Assembly (NCBI GenBank): GCA_013239625.1
Contig: MU053472.1
Coordinates: forward strand, 3,457,410 to 3,521,409
DNA length: 64,000 nt
Reading direction: 5' to 3'
DNA from: Lama guanicoe
Lineage: Eukaryota
Shown: positions 38,555-50,145 of the stretch, piece after piece
How positions within the stretch are numbered: position 1 is the stretch's first letter
Layout of the letters: the number at the start of each line of letters is the position of its first letter
Made by a program: the position numbers and the translations under genes
The notes under the pieces: model-generated
Databases searched by the model: none
What the model was told of the DNA's origin: nothing
What the model saw: the letters and a program-made list of their open reading frames with translations, nothing else

Positions 38555-39415
38555 CTGGTGCAGTCACTGTGATAAAGTTTGGTGATTCCTCAAAGTTAAA
38601 CATAGAATTATCATATGACACATTAATTCCACTCCTAGGTATATACTCAAAAGAGCTGAAAGCAGGGATCCAGATAATTTGTACACCAATGTTCACAGCA
38701 GCATTATATCCACAACAGCCAAAAGGTGGAAACAGCACAAGTACCCATTAACAGATGAATGGATAAACAAAATATGGTATACACATACCTGGACTATTAT
38801 TCAGCTATGAAAAAAATGAGAGTCTGATATATGCTACAACATGGATAACCTTGAAAACATTATGCTAAGTAAATAAAAGACAAAAACAACATGTACTGCA
38901 TGATTCCACTTAAATGAATGAGCTCAGAAAAGGCAAATTCATAGAGATGGTAAGTAGAATGGAAATTACCAGGAGCAGAGGGAAGGGCAGGGAGTGAATA
39001 GCTACTTTTTAATGGGTACAGTGTTTCTGTATGGGATAATGAAAAAGTTCTGGAGATAGTGGTGATAGTTACATGACACTGTGAAAATCTACATTTTTAA
39101 AATATTTATACAGAATATTTCTTTTTTTATTGAAGTATAGTTGATTTACAACATGTTAATTTTGGGTGTATAGCAAAGTGGAGTCATATATCATATACGT
39201 ATATATTCTTTTTCAGATTCTTTCCTATTACAGGTTGTTATACGATATTTAATATGGTTCCCTGTGCTATATAGTAGGTCCTTGTTTATTTTATGTTGTA
39301 CTGAACACTATGAATATATTTAAACCCACTGAATTGTACACTTAAAAATAATTAAAATGGTAAATTTTATGTTTTATATATATATTTTAACCACAATTTT
39401 TAAAAAGTTAAAAAA
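38555..39415 (+). mobile_element. L1MB-like 3' fragment with nested antisense L1 3' end (~39120-39290)
   Basis: ccactcctaggtatatactcaaaagagctgaaagcaggg; cacttaaaaataattaaaatggtaaattttatg; nested ttttttattgaagtatagttgatttacaac. Confidence 0.85.
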
Positions 39416-39528
39416 ACATAATGGAAGCACAATGTATATATTATAGAGAATAAGGAGAAATGTTTTCAAGTGTAGAAAGAGGAATAAGAATAAGTTAAAT
39501 TGACAACTATAAAAAATTTCTTTCAACA

Positions 39529-39564
39529 GAAATTGATACATTGTAAACTGACTATACTTCAATT
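39529..39564 (+). mobile_element. 36-bp extreme 5'-truncated L1 terminus
   Basis: gaaattgatacattgtaaactgactatacttcaatt between 18-bp near-identical repeats at 39511-39528 / 39565-39582. Confidence 0.85.
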
Positions 39565-39850
39565 AAAAAAATTCTTTTAACATTAAGAGTGGGACAACAG
39601 AATTATGCATGGCAGTTCAACATCATAATCTTCTCACAACAATGCTTAGCATATAATATCCTAAAAAGAGCAATTAACTTTTTATTCCTAATCAAGACAC
39701 AAAAGCAATGTCAGAATCAACCCTAGTAGGTAATCAACATTTTATTTACATAATCTGATATGAAAACTCTTCACAGCACTGAAAAAATATATGAAATATT
39801 CCTTGAAAGGAACAGCATTAACAAAAGCTACAACTAAATAAAGTCAAGAG

Positions 39851-40969
39851 ACCTTCCTCCAAAGAAGACATACAGATGGCCAATAGGCACATAAAAAGAT
39901 GCTCAGCATTGCTAATTATTAGAGAAATGCAAATCAAAACTACAATGAAGTTATCACCTCACACTGGTCAGAATGGCCATCATTTAAAAAAAATCTACAG
40001 ATACTAAATGCTGGAGAACATGTGTGGAAAAGGGAACCCTCCACACTGTTGGTGGAATGTAAATTGGAGCAGCCACTATGGAAAACAGTATGGAGGTTCC
40101 TTAAAAAACTAAAAGCTGAGTTATCATAAGATCCAGCAATCCCACTTCTGGACATATATCCAGAGAAAACTATACTTTGAAAAGATACACGCACCCCAAT
40201 GGTCATAGCAGCACTATATACAATAGCCAAGGCATGGAAGCAACCTAAATGTCCATCGACAGAAGACTGGATAAAGAAGTTGTGGTATATTAATACAATG
40301 GAATACTGCTCAGCCATAAAAAAGAAAAAATAATGCCATCTACAACAACATGGATGGATCTAGAGATTGTCATATAAAGTGAAGTAACTCAAAGAAGACA
40401 AATATTATATGATATCACTTATATGTGGAATCTAAAAATAGAGATACAAATGAACTTACTTATAAAACAGAAATAGACTCACAAAGAAAAGAAACTTATG
40501 ATTACCAAAGGGGAAGAAAGGTGGGAAGGGATAAATCAGGAGTTAGGGATTAGCATATACACATGACTATATATAAAATAGATAAACAATGTCCTACTGT
40601 ATAGCACAGGAAACTACATTCAATATCCTGTAATAATCTATAATGGAAAAGAGTCTGAAAAAGAATTTACATATATATATATAAACTGAATCACTTCGCT
40701 GTACACTAGAAACTAATACAACATTATAAATCAATTATATTTCAAAAGGAAAGGTGAGGTAGAGGGAGAAATTGGGAGTTTGAGATTTGTAGATGCTAAC
40801 TACTATATATGAATATAAAACAGGTAAACAACAAGGTCCTATTCTACAGCAAAGGGAACTATATTCAATACCTTGTAATAGCCTATAATGAAAAGGAATA
40901 TACATATATATGTATAACTGAAAAAAATAGACTGAAGTCTTATTTAAAATAAATAAATTTTTTAAAATA
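39851..40969 (+). mobile_element. 5'-truncated L1 with a second 3'UTR segment
   Basis: ORF2 C-terminus and 3'UTR; perfect TSD taaataaagtcaagag 39835-39850 / 40970-40985. Confidence 0.93.
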
Positions 40970-41662
40970 TAAATAAAGTCAAGAGGAAGTTCATATTTTC
41001 CTCACCCCTTCTGGGTATCTCTAGTAAAATACATGCTTTTTCTCAATTATTAACTTATTTCAAGAATGATGCAGTGGCAGTCTGATGTGATAGGGATCAA
41101 AATCAGGACAGCACTACTACCATATGCTAATTCTGCATAGATCCAAAGCAGTACACATTCTCCAGGTAAAAATTCTAGTTTACACAAAATAACACAAATC
41201 ACATGAGACACTGAACATCAGACCCATCAATTCAGACTTCAAGCTACCTATCATGTTGTGTTTAAGACTACTGGATACAGTTGCACTCAGTTATAACATA
41301 TAATGTCTCAGTGATAATTTCCAATAACACTGATTTTAAGGAATTCAATACATCATTTAGGATTATCACTCTAAATTACACACCTAAATATAGTTAATTT
41401 GGTAGTTATTTTTTGACTGAGAATTAAGATGAGGGCAAAGGTTTAAGTGGTTTACCCAAGAATGCAATGGCAATAACTTTAAAAGGGAAAAGAGGAAAAT
41501 GGATGGACTTTTATCACTGAGCATCAATGATGCTCTGAACTAGAAATATTTCTATGTTGTAAATAAATATTTCTTACAGCTCATGTAATTTATTCCTTAA
41601 AACAACCTATACCACATAATTGCACAGCTCAGGGGTGCATCAAGTCTTATCTTGGTCTATGT

Positions 41663-41882
41663 CAGGAATAAGCAAACACTGGGCTATGGGTCAAATCTTG
41701 GCCCAACACCTATTTTTGTAAATGAAATATTATTTGAATAAAGCCGCATCTATTTGTTTACATACTGCCTATGGCTGATTCTGTGCTAAAAGAGCAGGGA
41801 TGAGCAGTTGAAGCAGATACCTTATCGTTGCAAAGCCAAAACTATTTACTAGCGGTTTACAAAAAAACCCTGCCGATCTCTG
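41663..41882. mobile_element. MER58A-like hAT-Charlie MITE
   Basis: cagg...ctg termini; 8-bp TSD gtct(a/g)tgt 41655-41662 / 41883-41890. Confidence 0.88.
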
Positions 41883-44030
41883 GTCTGTGTGAATGCCGCT
41901 CCTGTAACAGTGCAGTACACAAGCTTACTCAGCAGCCCTGACAACAACCTATTGAAGAAGGTATTATGCATATTTGATAGATGAGAAACCTAATACTCAG
42001 TAATATCAAATAATGTGTCTGAGGTCACATAGCTTTTAAATGACAAAGTCAACTTTCAAATCCAGATCTTTCTACTAAATCACATAAGACCATGTATAAA
42101 CTGAGGCTAGTAACAATACCTCCCAAAGCTGTTATCTTATAAGTCTCAAATATGTACATGAAAATATTAGAGAAATGTTAGTTGCTACTAACATTACAGA
42201 GTAAAAATTAAATATTCATATAGTTTGGCCTTATATTCTCCTTTATTCTTCCATTAAATCGCGGCTTTAGCCACTTATGCCTTCACATTTGCCAGTCCCT
42301 CAAAATGAGATCCTCACACTCCTATTCCCAACACCTTCCATCTATCCAAATACTACTCCTTGTCTAGAATCAACTTAAATGCCACATTCTTGGTGACACC
42401 TTGTCTGAATCTCTAATCAATCTTCATTGCTCTTTCCTACGTTCCCCTATAGCATATTACTTCAAATTCTGTTTAATATTTGTTTCATTCTATTTTCTAT
42501 TATTTACTGATCTGTTTCTCCCACTAGATTTTACATTATTTAAGAGATTATTTCTTATTCATCCTTACATTCATCTCAACCTCCCTCCCTGCCTAACAGC
42601 ACCTATCAAAGTTTCTTGTACATAGTAAATAAACACTGAATTGGACTCCTGACATTGTATACCTAGTTCTACTATATTCCAATCTGTTGCTTATCACACC
42701 AAGCTAGCTTGCCTCCAATACATCTGTCCACTCTTCAAAAAGGGAAGAGGAAAGCTAGAAAACTCTTCTAAATAAGATATACATAGACTTTTCAATTTCT
42801 ACCCTGTTCAGTGTAATATTCGATGCTTTAAATATGAACTCCTCTCTATTAAGTTAGTGACGCTTCTTTAAAAGATTAATGATTTCATGAGGTTTATCAA
42901 TAGAATTTATTTCCTCATTTAGTCTTTAAACCAAATTGTTCATACCAAATCCTCTCACAAGTAAACACAATGTTCCAACTCAGCTGTTGGTGGCAGAATG
43001 TGTTCACAATGAGCAACCCCTACTATCCTGGCAAGAATTATAGGACTAGCTAATAACAGTACAGCCTCTCATATCTGTTTTCAGTGGGATAAAGAACAAT
43101 CTGGATATACCCAAAAGCAAATGGCCCAGAGACACATCCTAGGATTTTTCCACAAATATGGAAGTCACATTAAGTCTACTTAAATTGGGCTTATCTCCAC
43201 CATGTCCACAGTTTTTCTATGATAGTAAGAGAAATGCCAAGGTATGAGGTTTTCATGAGAAGTAGGAGGAAAGATCCCATTGTACAAGCTAGCCAAGACA
43301 TTTTCAATAAGCTGGAGATTTATATGCGCCTAAAGTTTGACATAAAGAAGACAGAGATATACAAACAAAACAGAAGACAACCTCTGCTATAAAAGAGCTT
43401 GGGTTTTCTTCGGAGGAGAAAAATAAACATGAAATAACTTGAGAATAATAAGGAACATCATCTATTATTGCCACTGATCCAAAATATTTCTCTGATTTCA
43501 GTGCTGTACCGCAGATTATTATGACAACTGCTCTAAATAAACCATACAACATTATTTGGTCCTTAAGGCTGCCACCGAAATTGAAGGGAAGAATGAGATT
43601 ATTTTCATTTTCCACTTGCTTTTGAGGAAACCTGCAGAGTAAAATAATCCATGCTAATGATATGAACTTCAAAAGCAAAATGTGCATTAGAGGAACAGCA
43701 CAAATTCATTCATTTTATGCCTGCTAATCAATAATTAGTAACATCTTACAGAGACAGGTAAAAATAGGACACCTCACACATAGATGCCTACAGTTTAAGA
43801 CAACAGTTAACAATACAAAAGATGTGACAGTGAAAAGAATAAATTCTATTCTTTAATAGAAAAATTTCTCTTTTAAAAAGCAGAGTCCCATTTCAAGTTG
43901 CTATAGATACACTATTTCTCCTATTTTTCCTAATTAATCAACTAAAATATTTTATATCTTCAATTTCAGGCAAACAGAACAATAATTTACCCTGAAAAAA
44001 ACCTCATAAGTCACCTAAAAATGCTGGCTA

Positions 44031-44190
44031 GGAGGAGGGTACAGCTCAGTGGTAGAGTGCATGTTTAGCATGCAAGAGGTCCTCAGTTCAATCTCCAGTA
44101 CCTCCGTTAAACAAACAAACAAACAAACAAACAAACCTAATTACCTCCTCATTCCTGCAAAGAAAAATAAACAAAAATAAGAAAAAAAAA
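44031..44190 (+). mobile_element. Camelid tRNA-derived SINE (Vic-1-like)
   Basis: gagggtacagctcagtggtagagtgcatgtttagcatgc; TSD-like aaaatgctggctag / aaagtgctgactag. Confidence 0.9.
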
Positions 44191-44199
44191 AGTGCTGAC

Positions 44200-46290
44200 T
44201 AGACTATGAAAATCATCTTGAGATCAGTGAACATAAACTCACAATCAAAATCACAAAACACAGGAAATGATTAAGGGTCAGCAGAAATAATAAGCATGAA
44301 GGTAACTCACAAGGTCAGTAAAAATTAATGGCTGCAGAATAGCATTTAAAGAAACATGAAAGCATATAAAAATATGACTAAGGAACAAACTCCACTCGAT
44401 GAGCAGGTAGATTTTTTAAAAGGAACCTAATAGAATTTCTAGAAATTGTGTATACAATCAAAATTAGAAGTTTGGTAGAAAGGTTAAACTGCAGGATAGA
44501 TGAACCTAAAGTGAGAATTTGCAGATTGAACCAGAGGAGATATCAAAAGAATTTACTCAGATGCAAAATTAAGACATAAAAGAGATGAGTTAAGAGACAA
44601 AGAGCAAAGAGGGAGAATGTTTAGTACATCTAAACAGGGTTACAAAAGAAAAAAACAGAAAGACTAGTCAAGAGCAATATTTGAAGTAATAATGGTTAAG
44701 AATTTTGATGAAATTTTGATGAAATCTATGGTTTTGATGAAAACCACAGATCCTCATATTCAGGAAGCAAAGCAACAAATCAAAAGCAAGGATTTTTTTT
44801 TAAAATCCCTTTTAAAATAACATTAAAAAATTAAGTACTTAGGAATAAATCTGACCAAGGAAGTGAAATTACACACTGAAAACTATAAACATTGATAAAA
44901 GAAACTGAAGATGATTCAAAAAAATGGAAAGATATCCCATGCTCTTGGATTAGAAGAATTAATACTGTTACAATGGCCATATTACCCAAGGCAATCTCCA
45001 GATTTAATGCAGTCCCAATCAAATCACCCATGACATTTTTCACAGAACTGGAAAAATAATCCTAAAATTTATATGAACCACCAATGACCCAGAATTGCCA
45101 AAGCAACCCTGAGGAAACAGAACAAAGCTGGAGGCATAATCCTCCCAGGCTTCAGACAATATTACAAAGCTAGAGTAATCAAAACAGCATGGTACTGGCA
45201 CAAAAACAGATACATGGATCAATGGAACAGAATAGAAAGCCCAGAAATAAACCCATACCCCTATGGTCAATTAATCTTCGACTAAGGAGTCAAGGATATC
45301 TAATGGAGAAAAAACAGTCTCTTCAGCAAGTGATGTTGGGAAAGCTGGACAGCCGCATGTAAACCAATGAAGTTAGAACACACCCTCACACCGTACACAA
45401 AAATAAATTCAAAATGGCTTAAAGATTTAAATATAAGCCATGACACTATAAAACTCCAAGAAGAGAACATCAGGAGAAAATTCTCTGACATAAATTGTAG
45501 CAATGTTATCTTAGGTCAGTCTCCCAAGGCAACAGAAATAAAAGCAAAAATAAACAAATGAGACCTAATTAAGCTTATAAGCTTTTGCACAGCAAAGGAA
45601 ACCATAAACAAAACAAAAAGACAACTTATGGACTGGGAGTAAATACGGGCAAATAATATGACTGACAAGGGCTGAATTCCAATATATACAAACTGTTATA
45701 CATTCATACAATGGAATACTACTCAGCAATAAAAGTAAACTAAAAACATGCAACAAAATGGGTGAATCTTAAAAAACATGCTGCTTGAAAGAAGTCTTAC
45801 ACAAAAGAATATGTATTGTATAATTTCATTTACATAAGATTCTAGAACATGCAAAATTAATCTGTGGTAGAAAAATGAGTAATGGTTCTTCTGGCAGATG
45901 GAGATGAGAAAGGACATTAGGAAACCTTCTAGAATCATAGTAATGTTTTAATCCTGATAGGGTTTACCAGACACATGCATTTGTCAAAATTCATCAAATA
46001 GTACAATTAAGATTTATGCATTATATTGTATATGAATTTTACTTTAAGAAGGTAAACAAATATTGAACTGTTGCAATATTTGCTTGGTTAGGAATTTAAG
46101 GGCAAATTCTGCAACTTATTTTAAAATGCAAACAAAAATAAGATGGATAGAAGGGTCATAAATGGATAAAACATGACAAAGCAAATATAGTAAAACAATT
46201 GTAGAATCAAAGTTGTGAGTGTTTACTGTTCAATTTTTTCTACTTTTCTGTGTGTTTGAAAATATTGATATAAATGTTGGAGAAAGACAA
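44200..46290 (+). mobile_element. L1 composite: old ORF1 remnant (~44200-44800), younger ORF2 fragment (~44825-45690), L1ME-like 3' end (~45690-46290)
   Basis: aaatggaaagatatcccatgctcttggattagaagaatt; [22 protein letters not shown]; tttgtcaaaattcatcaaatagtacaattaagatttatgcat. Confidence 0.85.
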
Positions 46291-47039
46291 AAATCAAAGA
46301 AGTAAATAATACCAAATCAAAAGATAAAGGTCAATGTCAAGTTAAAGTGCCAGCATATCAAAAGGTAAAGAACTGCTGAAAGTATTCAATCACTTAACAT
46401 TTTAAGCATTCCAAACTAAGACAAGCTGAATGACAATTTAAAACTGATCTACACTTGATCTTAAGTGATACTCACAAAAAATATTCAGAGCTGAAATAAA
46501 GAACACTAAACTCAAGAATCAGTTTCTTATTATAAACCCAAGTGGTAACAGTTCATATTTCAACTGTGGTAATTCGAAGTATTAGAATAAGAAAGAAAAT
46601 GTTAGATATATTTAAAATGTAGTCTATAGCCAGTTTATGTTTTTAAGTATTAAATTCTGCTTACTGATATGGACAAAAGGGATATTGATACTTTGTAATT
46701 ATAGAACTGTACAGATTTAAACAAATAACACTATTATGTATTGAATGTAAAATTTACACTCCAGATCTTAGATGTAGTTTAACTTTATTACTTTATAAAA
46801 TTAAACACAGTATTTTACAAAAGCATTTAAAATGCATTTTGAAATGTGTGCTGTTAGTGTACTATATGCAGTAACGCATACATATGTACACTATTATACC
46901 ATATCTCTATAACATATATGCTTGAGGTGAAAAGATGAAGTCAGTTAAGGAATCAGGAAAATTCAAGAGGAAGAAATAAGAGAATCAAGTTCAAATGGAA
47001 TAAAAAGAAAAGACAGAGAGCAAAACCTATCTGACAAGC

Positions 47040-47440
47040 CAACATAATCATTAAACACCCACTAAAAAGGAAGTTATGTGAAGTCAAATAGAAGCTCAGG
47101 GAAGAGAGATACACTGAAACTGGAATCCTCCAGGAACTTTCAAAGAGGAAGTAGACTGAAAATGGCTCCCGAAAGAGATACATGCGTATATACGTATATA
47201 CGCAGCAAGGAGCAGGCAGGCTGCCCAGAGGAAGGAGAAAGACATGTGCAAACAGGACACAGCGATTGGACTAAGCGTGACATATGGGCAAGAAGCAGGC
47301 ACGGAAGCAACGTTACGCAGAACCCAAGTGGAGAATTAATTCCTGGACACACTAAAACGAAATCAGGCAGGTCGCCCACGAAAACAAAGTGGGTAAGGGT
47401 CACAGAGGACACTGATAGAACAACAGACTTCATCTGAGCC
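47040..47440 (-). mobile_element. Probable L2 fossil, unusually CpG-rich
   Basis: Purine-rich cagaggaaggagaaagacatgtgcaaac pattern like antisense L2; highly diverged. Confidence 0.5.
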
Positions 47441-48012
47441 TTAGTTTTCTTCCAGTAAGTAGGCCCACTTCTGCGCTCCTTGGCATCAGTCCGTCTCATC
47501 ATCTGCCTAAACTCTATGCACGTGATGTCGCTCATCACAATTAAGTTCCCCAAGTTCAAAGGCCCAGTGCCCACCCATAATCTCTGAAAGGAAAATAATG
47601 CCCCATGCACATGGGTCCTGGGGTGGATATTCAGTCAGTCCAGAAAACCTAGAATTTTGTGCTTGAATAGAATGAAGCTTTGCTATACAAAACGGACAAG
47701 CAGGAATGTTTTTCTGCTAATGAAGTAATTCTTAACTTCTTTGGAGTTATAGACGTCTTTGGGAATCTAGTAAAAGATCTTCATCATTACTTCAGCATAT
47801 ATCAAGCATATATGCCATGTACTGAGGATAGAGTTAAGAACAGAACAGATATAATCTTTGCCTTCATGAAATGTACAGTTGAGCAGGAAAGAGAAAGCAT
47901 TATTAAACAACTAAAGGTTGGCTTCTCTGATCATATAAATCAGGTTTTCCCTTTATTCCTGTTCATGTCTTTTACAGCATTTATCATTATCTGATAATCT
48001 GCATTAATTTCT

Positions 48013-48556
48013 GCTCTGGTTATATACTGCTATATAACACGCCACCCCTAAATTTAGCAGCTTAAAACAATTCATTGTCTCTCAAGGCTCTGTGGGTTGA
48101 CTAGGCTTAGCTGTGTAGTTCTCATCTGATATTCTCACATGTGGTTGCAGTCAGATGGTACTGGAGAATGAAGTCAGCTAAAGGCTCAACTGGAATGGAT
48201 GTCCAAGGGGGCTCACTCACATGGCCAGTTGATGCTTTCAAAGCTCAGCTAGTGCTATGGAGTGCCTACACAAGACCTCTCTCTCCATGTGGCGTGAGCT
48301 TCTCACGATATAGTGGCTGTGTTTGAGTGGGATCATCCCAAGAGAAAACATTCCAAGAGATCCAGGTGGAAGCTGCAAGACTTCTTAAGACTTGGTCTCA
48401 AAAGTTCCAAAACATCACTTCTGCCACATTGTTTTCATCAAGGCATTGAGGCCAGCTCACATTCAAGGTAAGGAGAATTACATTCTATTTCTTGACATGA
48501 AAAATAGTACACATACAAAGGGAAGGAATCGATGGTGTACACCACAGACCACCATA
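48013..48556 (-). mobile_element. MaLR LTR (MLT1G/H-like)
   Basis: aaatttagcagcttaaaacaa...tctgtgggttgactaggcttagctg...catcacttctgccacatt. Confidence 0.82.
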
Positions 48557-48827
48557 ACTGGCCATTTATTTAGTATCTGCCTTTCCCACCAGGTCATGAA
48601 CTTTTTTAAGGCAGAAACCATACCTTCCTTTTTCAATGATATGGATATCACACTGTCTGACACATAGTAAGTCCTCAATAAATGTTTGCTGAATTAATTC
48701 ATTGATTCAATAAAAAATTTCACAAGTAGACAAGAACTGCCACACATTATGCTAGAATGGAAATTCTGTAGTGTCTGCCCTCAAGTAGTTTATTTTCTGG
48801 TGGCAAAGACGAAAACAAACAGAACTC

Positions 48828-50145
48828 TGAAACTGGACCACTATCTTATACTATACACAAAAATTAACTCAAAATAGATTCCAAATTAAATGTAAGACCT
48901 GAAACCATAAAACTCCTAGACGAAAACACAGACAGTAAGCTCCTTGACATTGGTCTTGGTGATAATTGTTTTGGATTTGACACCAAAAACAAAGGCAACC
49001 AAAGTAAAAATAACAAGTGGGACTACTTCAAACTAAAAAGCTTCTGCACAGCAGCAAAATGAAAAAGCTAACTACTGACTAGGAGAAAATATCTGCAAAT
49101 CATTTATCTCACAAGGGGTTCGTATCCAAAATACATAAGGAACTCATACAACTCAATAGCAAAAAAAAAAAATGTGATTTAAAAATGAGCAGAGGATCTG
49201 AATAGACATTCTTCCAAAGAAGACATACAGATAGACAAGAGGTACATGAAAAGATGCTCAGTATCATTAATCATCAGGGAAATGAAAATCAAAACCACAA
49301 TGAAATATTACACTTGTTAGAATGGCTATTATCAAAAAGACAAGAAATAACAAGCATTGGCAAGGATGTGGAGAAAAAGGAACTCTTGTGTACTGCTGGT
49401 GGGAATGTAAATTGGTATAGCCACTATGGAAAACAGCTTGGAGATTCCTCAAAAAATTAAAAATGGAACTACCATATGATCCAGCAATTCCACTTCTTGG
49501 GCACTTATCCAAAGGAAATGAAAACACTAATTCAAAAAGGTACCTGCACACCCATGTTCATAGCAGCATGATTTACAATAGCCAAGATATGATAATAAGT
49601 TAAGTGTCAATTGACAGATTAATAGATAATGAAACTGTGGTGTATATATAAACAATGGAGTACTATTCACCCATAAAAAAGAATCTTGCCATTTGTAACA
49701 ATATTAATGTATGTTGAGGGCATTATGTTAAATGAAAAAGTCAGATGGTGATTGACAAATATTATATGATCTCACTTATATGTGGAATTTAAAAAACTAG
49801 AAACAAAAAATTGAACTCATATATGTGAGAACAGACTGGTGGTTGCTGGAGGCTGAGGGTGGAGGTGGGTAAAATGGGTGAAAGAAGTAAAAAGGTACAA
49901 ACTTCCAGTTATAAAATGAATAAGTCATGAGGATGTAATGTACAGTGTGGTGCCTGTACTAATACCATATTGTCTATTCTAAAGTTGCTAAGAGAGTAGA
50001 TCTTAAAAAAAAAGTTCTCATAGCAAATTTTTAAGTATGTATGGTGATGAGTGTTAACTAGAATTGAGATCATTTTGCAATATATACAAATATTATGTTA
50101 TCCATCTGAAACTGTTATATGTCAATAATATCTCAAAAAAAAAAA
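48828..50145 (+). mobile_element. L1 (L1MA9-like) ORF2 C-terminus + 3'UTR
   Basis: aactaaaaagcttctgcacagc; aaagttgctaagagagtagatcttaaa; A-tail at ~50135. Confidence 0.9.

Noticed and set aside
39075..39314. acact(g/a)tgaa repeats around a nested antisense L1 piece, suggesting a transduction
   Set aside because: Repeat is short and imperfect, with no poly(A) or endonuclease site adjoining it; not distinguishable from chance or local duplication
41520..41536. 8-bp inverted repeat gagcatca-a-tgatgctc
   Set aside because: Expected by chance in 64 kb; no supporting context
2465..44190. tRNA-like A/B-box sequences (five copies)
   Set aside because: Each has a non-tRNA tail and most have TSDs; they are SINEs, not tRNA genes
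47078..47610. 119-aa (+) and 156-aa (-) ORFs
   Set aside because: Explained by the local GC rise removing stop codons in probable L2-derived DNA; no recognisable domain or exon structure
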